NCBI GenBank assembly: GCA_963663865.1
Contig: OY760686.1
Span: 2,496,001 to 2,560,000, forward strand
DNA length: 64,000 nucleotides
Origin: Spirochaetota bacterium
Lineage (GTDB): Bacteria; Spirochaetota; UBA4802; UBA5550
Direction: 5' to 3'
Each line of letters starts with the position of its first letter. Within the stretch, counting starts at the first letter, position 1. Both the position numbers and the translations under genes were made by a program. Below are positions 9,082 to 19,089 of this stretch, in pieces. A model generated the notes under the pieces. The model made no database searches, was not told where the DNA came from, and was given only the letters and a program-made list of their open reading frames with translations.

Positions 9082-9228
9082 TTATTTCGAAGGGGCCTCT
9101 CCGGCCTCACGGGAAAGCCTTATCAGGACTTTCACCCTGTTTGAATCATCCAGCTTGCAGACGAAGCCGTTATTTTTCAGTGTCCTTTCGATTCTGTACG
9201 ATAGCAAATCAACTATTTTGTCACTCAT
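9082..9228 (-). CDS. Small hypothetical protein (48 aa), below the ORF-track cutoff
   Basis: MSDKIVDLLSYRIERTLKNNGFVCKLDDSNRVKVLIRLSREAGEAPSK; AAGGA RBS upstream; fills the gap 21 bp before greA on the same strand. Confidence 0.6.
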   Translation of the reverse strand: MSDKIVDLLSYRIERTLKNNGFVCKLDDSNRVKVLIRLSREAGEAPSK

Positions 9229-9271
9229 GTCGTTCTTCCTTGAACAAGTTTATGCGGCATCCTTCCGCTTA

Positions 9272-9304
9272 TAAAAACAGCACAGCCGATATTGCCGGCT
9301 GTGC
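9272..9304 (-). terminator. Intrinsic terminator-like hairpin after the M16/rseC operon
   Basis: GCACAGCCG-N7-CGGCTGTGC stem followed by TGTTTTTA on the minus strand. Confidence 0.6.
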
Positions 9305-9361
9305 ATGCGTACTCTATTGATGTTCGGCCCGGGGGAGCTGAATATTTAGCCTTAAAGTTAC

Positions 9362-9817
9362 TTAAGCACGATTCTCGCTCCCTGCGTTAACCCTTATTAC
9401 CTCGGTTATCAGAATTCCTTTTCGCCTGAGTAGCATTGAAACAATAAACCCCGCGGCAAGACCCGCAAAAAGCCCTGCAGTTCCCGTCAGAGCAGCCGCC
9501 GCGTCGGTGGTAATGTCCGCCAGGGCAGCCAGAGCGCTTTCAGAACCAGCAATGGCCCCTGCAGCAAGCATCGTAACAGGTAAAATATAGTGAAGGGCCG
9601 CAATAAGTATAACATGACCCGTCTTTGTCTCGTATTCAACAAGATCACCCTCTGATGCTCCAGCTGAATTTTTCATCCATGAGCTCTTCTTTACTGGAGC
9701 TTCTTTAACACGGCAGAAAGCTGAAGCCCCGCAGGAGGAACATCCCCCCCCCACATCAGACTCAACATAGACCAGATTCCCGTTTACTCCGGTAACTCTT
9801 CCGCAGCCCGTACTCAT
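9362..9817 (-). CDS. RseC/MucC-family (SoxR-reducing system) membrane protein
   Basis: GRVTGV...GCSSCGASAFC...GASEGDLVE...YILP followed by two TM helices. Confidence 0.8.
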   Translation of the reverse strand: MSTGCGRVTGVNGNLVYVESDVGGGCSSCGASAFCRVKEAPVKKSSWMKNSAGASEGDLVEYETKTGHVILIAALHYILPVTMLAAGAIAGSESALAALADITTDAAAALTGTAGLFAGLAAGFIVSMLLRRKGILITEVIRVNAGSENRA

Positions 9818-11214
9818 TCCTTCGTCTGCTCCTTAACATCAACAACCACTCTTCCCTTTGAAAGAGCTTCTCTGAGCGAAGCAGGGCCAACCACAACGTA
9901 AATAACACCCTTATCAAATAATCTTGAGCTGTGCATAAGAATGTCTGCCGGCATAACCTGCTCCACCTTTTCAAGATACACACGATAATAGTCTTCGTCA
10001 AGCCCGTTATACTCCATATCCATCCATGCCGCAAGAACAGAGGCTGGCGTATCAAAGTTAAAAACGTAGCTGTTGAGAATGTTGCTCTTCGTCCAATTCA
10101 GCTCACTATCCTCAACCGGCTCCTTTTGAACTCTGTTGAAATTATCACTCATTATATCAACAACTTCGTTAACGCTCTCAGGGCCAGTCTGCGCGTATGC
10201 CATGAACACACCGGTTAGAAGACGTGACCTGTAAAGAGACTGTACTGAATAAGCGAGCCCTCTTTTCACCCTGATTTCCGTCATCAGCCTTGAATTGAAC
10301 GAACCGCCGCCGAGAATTCTGTTCATTATCTTGAGGGGAATATCGCCATCATAGGTGACATTAAATGCGGGAACACCGGCTACCACCGTTGCCTGGGGAA
10401 CCTCTTTCTCAAAGAAGAAGACCTTGCCGCTGTTCTCCTGAAAAGCTTTTTTTACGGCAACCCTTTCGTCGGTGTATAGCTGCCTCTGCCCAGGTCTCAT
10501 GCCCTTAAAAAAACTGTCCACGTACTCTCTGTTCTTTTCCAGGCTTATTGAGGAAGAGATACCAAGAATCATATTGCCTGCTGTAAAAAAAGAGTCCCTG
10601 ACACTCTCCGCGTCGGAGAGCTTGAGAGTCAAAACATCTTCAGGGGCCGGCGAACTGCCGTATCCTCTGCCTTGAAAAATTATCGACCGGGCCTGTTTAA
10701 AGGCTATTTCAGCCGGATCATCATAACTGCGCCTAATTCTCTCGGCCATCATTTTTTTTGAATACTCCCATGCGTCATCACTGAACACCGGATTCTTTAC
10801 CAGGTCAGATAAAATATCATACGCTTTGTCCGCGAACCGTGCGAGAACCTTAACCGTAACAGTAAAGCTCTCCCAGGAGGAGGATACCGAAAGCTCGCCT
10901 CCAATAGACTCAATCTCCTCGTGAAGCTTTTTCCCCGGATACTTCACTGATCCGGAAAGCTCCATCATTCCGGCTATGCACTCTCCCATGCCGGCGCTGC
11001 TGCCTTCTTCATAGAGTGAGCCGTATCCGAATGAAGCAGACAGAAGCACAACGGGAAGCTCATCTTCAATATAGATAGCCCTTATGCCTCCGTCAGAAGT
11101 AAATCTGTCAGGTTCAGGCAGCCTGAGCTCTTCAGCTGCCTCAACTGAGAACATATTTGCCTGCAATATCAAGCCTGTAAATACGGCCAGCAGTGTTTTT
11201 AGTATTACTTTCAT
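9814..11214 (-). CDS. M16 (insulinase) peptidase, non-catalytic subunit, exported
   Basis: Signal peptide; ILGGGSFNSRLMTEIRVKRGLAYSV; HxxEH absent. Confidence 0.9.
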   Translation of the reverse strand: MKVILKTLLAVFTGLILQANMFSVEAAEELRLPEPDRFTSDGGIRAIYIEDELPVVLLSASFGYGSLYEEGSSAGMGECIAGMMELSGSVKYPGKKLHEEIESIGGELSVSSSWESFTVTVKVLARFADKAYDILSDLVKNPVFSDDAWEYSKKMMAERIRRSYDDPAEIAFKQARSIIFQGRGYGSSPAPEDVLTLKLSDAESVRDSFFTAGNMILGISSSISLEKNREYVDSFFKGMRPGQRQLYTDERVAVKKAFQENSGKVFFFEKEVPQATVVAGVPAFNVTYDGDIPLKIMNRILGGGSFNSRLMTEIRVKRGLAYSVQSLYRSRLLTGVFMAYAQTGPESVNEVVDIMSDNFNRVQKEPVEDSELNWTKSNILNSYVFNFDTPASVLAAWMDMEYNGLDEDYYRVYLEKVEQVMPADILMHSSRLFDKGVIYVVVGPASLREALSKGRVVVDVKEQTKE

Positions 11215-12716
11215 TTGTTCTGAACCTCCGCTGCCGTCTGTACAAGTGTTCCCACAGTTCTATTTTCCTTAACAAGATACCTGCTGACAGCCTTTGAGAT
11301 ATCAGCCTGATCTACCCTGCTTACACTTTCTGGATATGAAATAAGATATTTCCAGTCACCATGGACAGTCTGATAATACGAAAGCATTCCGGCAAGCCCC
11401 TTATTGTTTGCAAGAGAGAACACCATTTGCGACTCAATGCTGTTATTGACTCTTTGAATCTCTTCGCCTGAAACATCGTCCTTCAACCTGGCGATTTCAG
11501 TGTAAACAGCCTGCTCAACCTCATCGGCGCTATGACCTTCTGCCGGAGCCGCAAATACAACAAACAGATTGTCGTATCTCAGCCCGGGCGAACCGTTCCA
11601 CACGCTGACAGATGAGGCTATTTTATTCTCCAGGACCAGACTTCTGTAAAGCCTTGAGGTCTTCCCTGAACCGAGTACGCCCGCGATAACCTCGAAAGCA
11701 TAATCATAATCTGAGGGATAAGCAGGCTTGTGCCATCCCATTACGACGTAGGGATTGGAATTATACCGGAGTACAAAGCGTCTTTCACCCGACTGCGCAG
11801 GTTCTGATACCGGCAGAGCGCCGGGATCAGGACGGGGCTTTATCCTCCCGAAATATTCTTCTATAATTTTCAATGTTTTCCCGGGATCCTGTTTGCCAAC
11901 AACAGTGATTGTCATCCTTGAAGGGATGTAGTATTTATTAAAAAACCCCCTTACATTTTTGAGCGTCAGATTGTTGATGTTAGTTTTCCAGCCTATAGTG
12001 GGATGTCTATATGAATGAGACATGAATGCGGTTGCCAGAAACTGTTCGTACAGCAGGCCGTTGCCGCTTGAATCATAACGCATCAGTCTCTCCTGAAATA
12101 CGTTATCCCGCTCCGTATAGAACTCTCTGAAAACCGGGCTTAGCAGCCTTTCTGATTCTATTCTGGCCCACAGCTCCAGCCTGGAAGCAGGCAATTCAAT
12201 ATAATAACCGGTTTTGTCACGCGAAGTTGAAGCATTAAATCCTACTGCTCCGTTTTCACTGTATATGCGGTCATAGTGTGAGCTTACAACGTATTTGGCG
12301 GCCTGTTTCTCAAGCGCGGCAAGCTGCTCCTTCATCTCCGGTATCAGAGGGTTTTCAGGATTCTGCATCTTCAGGCGGTCAATCGTCTCGCCAAGCGTTT
12401 CAATCTTTCTGAGGATTTTAACTTCTGACTCATAGTCTGTAGTACCAATTTTATCTGTTCCCTTGAAAAGCATGTGTTCGAGGAAGTGAGCGGCGCCGGC
12501 TGTGCTGTAACTTTCATCAGCCGACCCTACTCTGAAAGAAATGTCAAACGCAAGAGTCGGTGAATATCCCCTGTTGAGAATAAGAACATTTATTCCATTT
12601 GATAGTTTTTTGTGAACAACGTTGTTTTGCAGAAAGTCTCCTGCGCTGTTTTCTGCAGCGCTTAGAGGCGCAAACAACAAAATAGCAGCTGCGATGGCTG
12701 TAAAAACGCTTTTCAT
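11211..12716 (-). CDS. M16 (insulinase) zinc peptidase, catalytic subunit, exported
   Basis: Signal peptide; GAAHFLEHMLFKGT (HxxEH); NASTS; overlaps the partner gene. Confidence 0.93.
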   Translation of the reverse strand: MKSVFTAIAAAILLFAPLSAAENSAGDFLQNNVVHKKLSNGINVLILNRGYSPTLAFDISFRVGSADESYSTAGAAHFLEHMLFKGTDKIGTTDYESEVKILRKIETLGETIDRLKMQNPENPLIPEMKEQLAALEKQAAKYVVSSHYDRIYSENGAVGFNASTSRDKTGYYIELPASRLELWARIESERLLSPVFREFYTERDNVFQERLMRYDSSGNGLLYEQFLATAFMSHSYRHPTIGWKTNINNLTLKNVRGFFNKYYIPSRMTITVVGKQDPGKTLKIIEEYFGRIKPRPDPGALPVSEPAQSGERRFVLRYNSNPYVVMGWHKPAYPSDYDYAFEVIAGVLGSGKTSRLYRSLVLENKIASSVSVWNGSPGLRYDNLFVVFAAPAEGHSADEVEQAVYTEIARLKDDVSGEEIQRVNNSIESQMVFSLANNKGLAGMLSYYQTVHGDWKYLISYPESVSRVDQADISKAVSRYLVKENRTVGTLVQTAAEVQNK

Positions 12717-12820
12717 ACAAACTCCTTAATTGAATTAACCGTCACAATACAGGCTTTTATTACAGTGGGGATTTTACACTCCGAGGCTTGATGCTGTACA
12801 CTAAGCCCTAAACAGTGACG

Positions 12821-13177
12821 TCACTGTTCATCTTCGTTCCTGCTTAATATTTCCTCAGCGAGTATTTTAAGCTTGGGTGACACCTTCAGCGGAGGCAGCT
12901 CAACCTTAAAAGACGGAGGGGTTTTCCCTACAAGCCTGCCGAGAGCATACATCATTCTCTCGTATATTTCATTTACCTTGTCGCGGCGATTCACCATCTT
13001 GTACAAAGACAGAGCAACAAGCGGCATCTTCTTATCGTAAAAGTAATAGTCGGCTACCCTTGTTATTCCATCCCGGTATCCGGTCTTTATAAATATTTTC
13101 TCAGCCGCGATCACGTCTCCCCTGTTAAAAAGCTCGTTTCCCTTCCTTATGAGCTCAATACGGACCTTCTGATCCAT
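12821..13177 (-). CDS. Hypothetical helical protein
   Basis: 118 aa ORF with GGAGG RBS; TPR-like LIRKGNELFN helix. Confidence 0.7.
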   Translation of the reverse strand: MDQKVRIELIRKGNELFNRGDVIAAEKIFIKTGYRDGITRVADYYFYDKKMPLVALSLYKMVNRRDKVNEIYERMMYALGRLVGKTPPSFKVELPPLKVSPKLKILAEEILSRNEDEQ

Positions 13178-13355
13178 TTCGCCTCCGTTGCCGCCGCATT
13201 CCGTCTAAAAAATAACCTTGACAGGACGGCTCATTACAGTGTTTTTATATACGGCTGAGATTTTCAGTCCGGCAAAGCAATTCCGGTACTGTCAGGGTCA
13301 AATTACCATATACGATTCTCAGCGTCAAGATTTGTTACACGGCACGGTGAATTCT

Positions 13356-14111
13356 ATGTATCCAATTATCTTCAATTACAAGGCCATAACAATCGGAGGC
13401 TATGGCGTAATGCTCGGTCTCGGATTCTATCTGGCCTTTCTTCTCCTTGAGAGAGAACTCAAGCTGAGAAATATCGACGGAGAACTCGCTTACAAGATTC
13501 TTCTGACGATAATTCCATCGGCAATAATCGGAGCCAAACTCTTCCATATTTTGGAAAACATCGACGCGTTTATGAGCAGCCCTCTGGACATGATTTTTTC
13601 CGGTGCAGGACTTACTGTTTACGGAGGATATATCGCTGCGATCTTTGCGGCGGTGCTCGTAATCAGACACAACAGGCACAACGTCCTCGAGGTTCTGGAC
13701 GCGGCAGCCGCTCCAATGTCGCTCGGATATGCAATCGGCCGCCTTGGCTGTCATGTCTCCGGCGACGGGTGTTACGGCATTGCAACCAATTCGTTCATCG
13801 GAACCGCTTACCCCAACGGGATAGTGCCCACAAGCACTGTCGTCCTGCCGACACCTCTTATCGAATCTCTAATGGCATTTATCTTTGTTTTTCTGCTTCT
13901 TCAACTTAGAAAGCGGGATTTTACGAGGGGATTTCTATTCTTCTTATACCTTATTCTTAACGGAGCGGCGCGTTTCCCGATAGAGTTCTTCCGACTCAAC
14001 CCTCCAGCGGCTTTCGGCTTAACACAGGCCCAGATTGTGGCAATTTTCTTCATGCTTACCGGTCTGATCGGAATTATGACGATCAGGATAGTGAACAAGC
14101 CTTTAAAATAA
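13356..14111 (+). CDS. lgt: Prolipoprotein diacylglyceryl transferase
   Basis: MYPII...YGVM...GLTVYGG...GYAIGRLGC...RFPIEFFR; start moved to the ATG at 13356. Confidence 0.92.
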   Translation: MYPIIFNYKAITIGGYGVMLGLGFYLAFLLLERELKLRNIDGELAYKILLTIIPSAIIGAKLFHILENIDAFMSSPLDMIFSGAGLTVYGGYIAAIFAAVLVIRHNRHNVLEVLDAAAAPMSLGYAIGRLGCHVSGDGCYGIATNSFIGTAYPNGIVPTSTVVLPTPLIESLMAFIFVFLLLQLRKRDFTRGFLFFLYLILNGAARFPIEFFRLNPPAAFGLTQAQIVAIFFMLTGLIGIMTIRIVNKPLK

Positions 14112-14140
14112 AAAAAACGGCCGAAAGGCCGTTTTTTTTT
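14111..14140. terminator. Bidirectional intrinsic terminator between lgt and rpmE
   Basis: A7-CGGCC-GAAA-GGCCG-T9 between convergent genes. Confidence 0.9.
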
Positions 14141-14341
14141 CTACTTGATATTGTACTTCTTTTTGAATTTCTCAACACGTCCTGCGGTATCAACCAACTT
14201 CTGCTTCTTGGTGTAGAAGGGATGACAGTTTGAGCATATCTCAACGTGGAGGTCTTTCACAGTAGAGCGCGTCTTTATCTCATTACCGCACGCACACTTA
14301 ATGACGGTTTCCTCATATTTCGGATGGATTCCTTCCTTCAT
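14141..14341 (-). CDS. rpmE: 50S ribosomal protein L31 (zinc-binding type)
   Basis: MKEGIHPKY...CACG...CSNCHPFYT...GRVEKF. Confidence 0.97.
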   Translation of the reverse strand: MKEGIHPKYEETVIKCACGNEIKTRSTVKDLHVEICSNCHPFYTKKQKLVDTAGRVEKFKKKYNIK

Positions 14342-14362
14342 GACGATTCTCCTCTTGATTCC

Positions 14363-15775
14363 CTATGAATTCATTGCCTTAAAAAAGGCCTTATTGTTCT
14401 TTGTTGCCCTCATCTTGTCAATTAAGAGCTCCATTGCCTCTGTAGAGCTGAGTGAAGACAGCGCCTTCCTTAATACCCATAATTTATTGAGTTCTTCCTC
14501 GTCAAGCAGTAATTCTTCTTTCCTTGTGCCGGACTTATTAATGTCTATGGCGGGGAAAATCCTCCTGTCTGAAAGCTTCCTGTCCAGATGAAGCTCGCAG
14601 TTTCCAGTTCCCTTAAACTCCTCAAAGATTACCTCATCCATACGGCTTCCGGTATCAATAAGAGCTGTGGCGAGTATTGTCAGGCTTCCACCTTCTTCAA
14701 TGTTCCGCGCGGCTCCGAAGAATCTCTTCGGTTTATGCAGAGCATTAGAGTCAACACCACCTGATAGTATTTTCCCGCTTGTGGGAACAACTATATTGTA
14801 GGCCCTCGCCAGCCTGGTGATTGAATCCAAAAGAATAACAACGTCCATCTTTCTTTCGACAAGACGTCTGGCCTTTTGTATTACCATCTCAGCTACCTGA
14901 ACATGCCTGCTGGCCTGCTCGTCAAAGGTTGAAGATACTACCTCTCCCCTTACTGATCTCTGCATATCGGTAACCTCTTCAGGCCTCTCATCGATGAGCA
15001 GAACAATCAGGTAAACCTCAGGGTGATTTGATGTGATAGCATTGGCTATTTCCTGCATGAGAACAGTCTTTCCTGTCCTTGGCGGAGCAACGATAAGAGC
15101 TCTCTGTCCTTTCCCTATGGGAGTAAAGAGATTCATTATACGCATCTCGATTTTATCGCCGGTTGTTTCAAGATTGATTCTTTCTTCAGGATAGAGGGGA
15201 GTAAGGTTGTCAAAAAGTACTCTTTTGTGCAGATTTTCAGGATTTTCAAAGTTTACGGCCTCTATCCTGAGCAGTGCGAAAAATCTTTCATTGTCCTTTG
15301 GAGGCCTTATCTGTCCCGCGATCGTATCACCGGTCTTTAATTGGAAAAGCCTGATCTGCGAAGGCGATACATATATATCGTCGGGCCCTGGAAGATAGTT
15401 GTAGTTTGGAGACCTCAGAAATCCATATCCATCGTTGAGAATCTCAAGTACACCGCTCGCAAAGATAAGTCCTTTCTGCTCTGTCTGTGATTTCAGAATC
15501 TCAAATATCAGATCCTGCTTTTTAAGCCCTGAAACCCTCTCAGCGCCCATTTCCCTGCCAAGCTGCGCAAGCTCGGAGATTGTTTTACCTTTCAACTCTG
15601 CGAGGTCGAGCCTTGGCCCGCTTACCTGCTCAGGGGTGATTATTTGATCTTCAATGCTTCCGGCTGTATTTTCAGCGCTGTTATCCGCTGAGCTTAATCC
15701 GGAATTCGCGGATGAATTCCTGCCGTTGGCACTCCGGGCCCTTGGTCCGGCACCGTTGTTCTCTGATCTTGCCAT
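14363..15775 (-). CDS. rho: Transcription termination factor Rho
   Basis: [45 protein letters not shown]. Confidence 0.98.
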   Translation of the reverse strand: MARSENNGAGPRARSANGRNSSANSGLSSADNSAENTAGSIEDQIITPEQVSGPRLDLAELKGKTISELAQLGREMGAERVSGLKKQDLIFEILKSQTEQKGLIFASGVLEILNDGYGFLRSPNYNYLPGPDDIYVSPSQIRLFQLKTGDTIAGQIRPPKDNERFFALLRIEAVNFENPENLHKRVLFDNLTPLYPEERINLETTGDKIEMRIMNLFTPIGKGQRALIVAPPRTGKTVLMQEIANAITSNHPEVYLIVLLIDERPEEVTDMQRSVRGEVVSSTFDEQASRHVQVAEMVIQKARRLVERKMDVVILLDSITRLARAYNIVVPTSGKILSGGVDSNALHKPKRFFGAARNIEEGGSLTILATALIDTGSRMDEVIFEEFKGTGNCELHLDRKLSDRRIFPAIDINKSGTRKEELLLDEEELNKLWVLRKALSSLSSTEAMELLIDKMRATKNNKAFFKAMNS

Positions 15776-15959
15776 AGAAAACCTTTACTAAATTTTTTAT
15801 TGTGAAAATGACGTAACTATCCAGATTAATCTTGAAAATCGGTCAATTTCGGATATTAAATAATTGTGGCTTGGAGAAGAAAATAGAATTTTTCTAACAA
15901 GGCATTATCCAACCAGGATAGACCGATGTCAAGAATTTTAAACATTTTTACTACAATAA

Positions 15960-16970
15960 TTATTTGCTGGATTTCTTCATGTGCTTATCGGATTCAGGCA
16001 GCTCTATCCCGGATTTCCTGATCTTGCTCATCAGCGACTGTCTGCTCAGGGAAAGCTCATCAGCAGTCTTTTCAATAGATCTGGTTTTATTCAGAAGTCC
16101 TGCAATCAGCTGCCGCTCCGTCGCGCTCAGTATCTCGCCAAGTGACATTCCCCGGACATCGGTGCCTGGGATCAGGGGCATCATGCCGTCTGGCTCATGG
16201 TTTTCACAGAATATTAGAAACCCGACCTTCTTTCCAGAGCTTATCATCGGAATTCTTTCATAAAAGAAGTTCAGGCTGCTGTTGAAAAAAAACAGGTCGC
16301 TGTCGCCCTTCGATGATACTACCTCATTAGTCTCAGCTGAAGATATCGCTTTCTCAACAAAGGTAGAATCTACATCTTTCCCGACATTTTTTTGATACAA
16401 CTCCTCAAAGTGGCTGTTGTAAAATATGGTTTTACCGTTTTCGTTAACAGCGTAAAGGGCTCTTGGAATATGTTCAAGAATCAGGTATATCATCCATTCG
16501 AGTGTCTGATCACCGTTCGGCTGTTCTTTGCCGGACTCGTGAATGTCAGCGGACTCGGCTCTGCCCTCAGACTCGGTAAAAAGCCTGATTCTGGACCAGC
16601 TCTCCTGAACCTCGCCGAATATATTAACCGCAATAAACTCTTTAATCCTTCCAAAGGGCAAGAGCTCTTCGAAAGTCATTTTTTTTGCCAGCGAGGTTAT
16701 AAAATCGTCAACCTTAACATTTTCGACTCTGCTGATATCGCTCAGCTCAGATATCACATCGTCTTTTTTGAGTATCCCTATAAGAACTCCCCTTTTAGAG
16801 ACCACGGGAATTAAAGGCTGATCATGCGTGTAAAACAGCCTTACAACGTCCTCAGGTTTCTTTGTCTCACGCGCGTAGGGGTTCTCGCCAAATTCAATTG
16901 TATCGTCTTCAGCATTACTGACATCAGCAGCTTGAGCTGCTTCAAGCTTTTCTACACTGTCATTCATCAC
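15960..16970 (-). CDS. CBS + PAS-like + Fis-type HTH putative regulator
   Basis: IPVVSKRGVLIGIL (CBS), ILEHIPRALYAVNENGKTIFYN (PAS), ERQLI...KTADELSLSRQSLMSKIRK (Fis HTH); overlaps the dapB stop. Confidence 0.7.
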   Translation of the reverse strand: MMNDSVEKLEAAQAADVSNAEDDTIEFGENPYARETKKPEDVVRLFYTHDQPLIPVVSKRGVLIGILKKDDVISELSDISRVENVKVDDFITSLAKKMTFEELLPFGRIKEFIAVNIFGEVQESWSRIRLFTESEGRAESADIHESGKEQPNGDQTLEWMIYLILEHIPRALYAVNENGKTIFYNSHFEELYQKNVGKDVDSTFVEKAISSAETNEVVSSKGDSDLFFFNSSLNFFYERIPMISSGKKVGFLIFCENHEPDGMMPLIPGTDVRGMSLGEILSATERQLIAGLLNKTRSIEKTADELSLSRQSLMSKIRKSGIELPESDKHMKKSSK

Positions 16971-17761
16971 AATCCAAGCACATCAAACATATTGTACAGC
17001 CCGGGCCCCATGCCTTCAAGGTATTCGGCGGCGAGTACAGAACCCCTGGCATAGGTGGATCTGTTGGATGAGCGGACAGTGAGCTCAAGACGCTCACCTT
17101 CACCGGCCATGAAAACCGTATGCTCGCCCACAATATCGGCAGCCCTCATTGACATCATTCCGATCTCTTTTGAGCTCCTCTCGCCGGTGAATCCTTCGCG
17201 GCCGTAAACGGCCTTCGCGTCAGCCATGCCCGGCATGCTGCCCTTAACTATCTCAAGAAGCTTATTCGCGGTTCCGGAAGGAGCGTCCTTCTTAAAGCGG
17301 TGATGGGCTTCGAAAATTTCAACATCAATATCCTCATTCATGGCCCTGGAAGCTATTTCGGTAAGCTTGAAAAGAATGTTTACACCAACCGACATGCTCG
17401 GAGACCAGACGACTGGAATCTTCGATGAAGCCTCAACAATTTTCTTTTTCTGTTCCTCACTGTATCCTGTCGTCCCGATTACCAGCGAACGGCCTGTTTC
17501 AATAAGAACAGGCAGAAGTTCCATGGTCGCCTCAGGGCTTGAGAAATCTATTAAGCAGCCGCAGTTTTCGACGGCCTCCCTTTCAACGGCGGAAACCCTG
17601 ATTCCGGAAACATTTTTCCCTGAAACGGAGCTCACCTCCCTGCCGAAAAAAAGGCTGTCCCTGGAATCAAAGGCGGCTCCGAGCTCATGGTTTTTCTGAA
17701 GGACAACATCAAGTATTTCCTGCCCCATCCGTCCGCATATTCCGCATATTCCAATCTTCAT
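16967..17761 (-). CDS. dapB: 4-hydroxy-tetrahydrodipicolinate reductase
   Basis: GICGRMG, IDFSSP, VIGTTG, EAHHRFKKDAPSGTA. Confidence 0.97.
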   Translation of the reverse strand: MKIGICGICGRMGQEILDVVLQKNHELGAAFDSRDSLFFGREVSSVSGKNVSGIRVSAVEREAVENCGCLIDFSSPEATMELLPVLIETGRSLVIGTTGYSEEQKKKIVEASSKIPVVWSPSMSVGVNILFKLTEIASRAMNEDIDVEIFEAHHRFKKDAPSGTANKLLEIVKGSMPGMADAKAVYGREGFTGERSSKEIGMMSMRAADIVGEHTVFMAGEGERLELTVRSSNRSTYARGSVLAAEYLEGMGPGLYNMFDVLGL

Positions 17762-18648
17762 TTGATTTTAACTCCGTAATCCTCAAGGGCTTTTTTCAGT
17801 CTCTGTCTGTTCTCCGGCAAAATATCGGTCATCGGGAGCCTGAGGCTGCCGGAACAGAGCCCTGCCATCTCCATCGCGGCCTTTACCGGAATCGGATTTG
17901 TTTCGTAGAACATCGCCTTACAGAGAGGAAGCAGCCTGTAGAACATTTCCATTGCCTTCACCACATCGCCGCTCCGGTAATTGTCAACTATAGCCTTGAC
18001 ATCGGACGGTACGAGGTTCGACACTACGGAAACAATGCCTTTCCCGCCAACAGACAGCAGGGGCAGCAGCAGATTATCGTCGCCGGAGAGAACCGTAAGC
18101 CTGTCACCGCATAGACGGATAAGCTCCATCATCTGAATGATATCCCCTGAAGCCTCTTTCACCGCGGCAATATTGTCCACCCTCTCCGTCAGTTCCTTAA
18201 CGCTTTCGGGAAGAAAATTTACTCCGGTGCGCCCCGGTATATTGTAAAGTATGACAGGTATTCTGACAGCCCTCGCAACAGCCTCAAAATGCGCTATCAG
18301 CCCTTTCTGCGTCGGCTTGTTGTAGTAAGGATTCACCTGGAGGACAGCATCCACCCCGGCGTCCTGGGCTGAACGAGAAAGATGGACAGCCTCTGTCGTA
18401 GAGTTTGCTCCCGTTCCAGCTATTACTTTGACTCGCCCGTTTACTATTTTAACAACACGCTTAATCAGCTCCTCGTGCTCTTCGAACGACACGGTTGGAG
18501 ACTCACCGGTTGTGCCCAGAGGGACAACTCCGTCAACACCGCCCCTTATCTGAATCTCGATAAGCTTTTCGAGCGTCTCATAGTCAATATCCCCCCCTTT
18601 AAAAGGGGTAACCATTGCGGTAAATACACCTTCAAACATTTTTGTCAC
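17758..18648 (-). CDS. dapA: 4-hydroxy-tetrahydrodipicolinate synthase
   Basis: GTTGESPT, PYYNKP, LYNIPGRTG, KEASG, ETNPIPVK. Confidence 0.97.
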   Translation of the reverse strand: MTKMFEGVFTAMVTPFKGGDIDYETLEKLIEIQIRGGVDGVVPLGTTGESPTVSFEEHEELIKRVVKIVNGRVKVIAGTGANSTTEAVHLSRSAQDAGVDAVLQVNPYYNKPTQKGLIAHFEAVARAVRIPVILYNIPGRTGVNFLPESVKELTERVDNIAAVKEASGDIIQMMELIRLCGDRLTVLSGDDNLLLPLLSVGGKGIVSVVSNLVPSDVKAIVDNYRSGDVVKAMEMFYRLLPLCKAMFYETNPIPVKAAMEMAGLCSGSLRLPMTDILPENRQRLKKALEDYGVKIK

Positions 18649-18651
18649 CTT

Positions 18652-19008
18652 TTATTTTTTGGTTACCGGCTTAAGAACCCTGTAAAGCCTGTCCCTGAAA
18701 TAATCAACATTGAACTCTTCTTCCTTAAAATCATCGCTGAATAGATACAGCACCAACACCCTCTCGGACTCAAGGCGCGTCTGATTTCTGTCATAAGCGT
18801 AGACCTTGACCCAGGAATCGCCGGATACAGTCAGTATCTTCACGAATGTGTTCTTCTTCAAAGAGCTTTTCCCGGAAGAAACATCCTGAAGAAGTACATA
18901 GTCCTGCTTCTCAAACTCAGTCAGAAGCGGAACATCATTTTCAGGAATAAACGTCTTACAGGAAACAGCCGCCATGGCTGTTATTATCAGCAAAAGAAAT
19001 TTCTTCAT
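18652..19008 (-). CDS. Small lipoprotein resembling the spirochete 'type II secretion-associated' lipoprotein
   Basis: Lipoprotein signal MKKFLLL...AVSC; WVKVYAY...R.LVLYLF.DDF pattern. Confidence 0.6.
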   Translation of the reverse strand: MKKFLLLIITAMAAVSCKTFIPENDVPLLTEFEKQDYVLLQDVSSGKSSLKKNTFVKILTVSGDSWVKVYAYDRNQTRLESERVLVLYLFSDDFKEEEFNVDYFRDRLYRVLKPVTKK

Positions 19009-19089
19009 ATTTTATAATAACCGGTTAGTATAGTATATTTAAAAGAACAGCTCTTTCCCCGGCATGTCAAGGAATATTTGCGATACTCT

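Noticed and set aside
9744-9752. G9 tract in the rseC-like gene (also C8 at 34681-34688 and G8 at 59723-59730) as phase-variation sites
   Set aside because: All are in frame and explained by Gly or Pro codons; no evidence of variation without reads.
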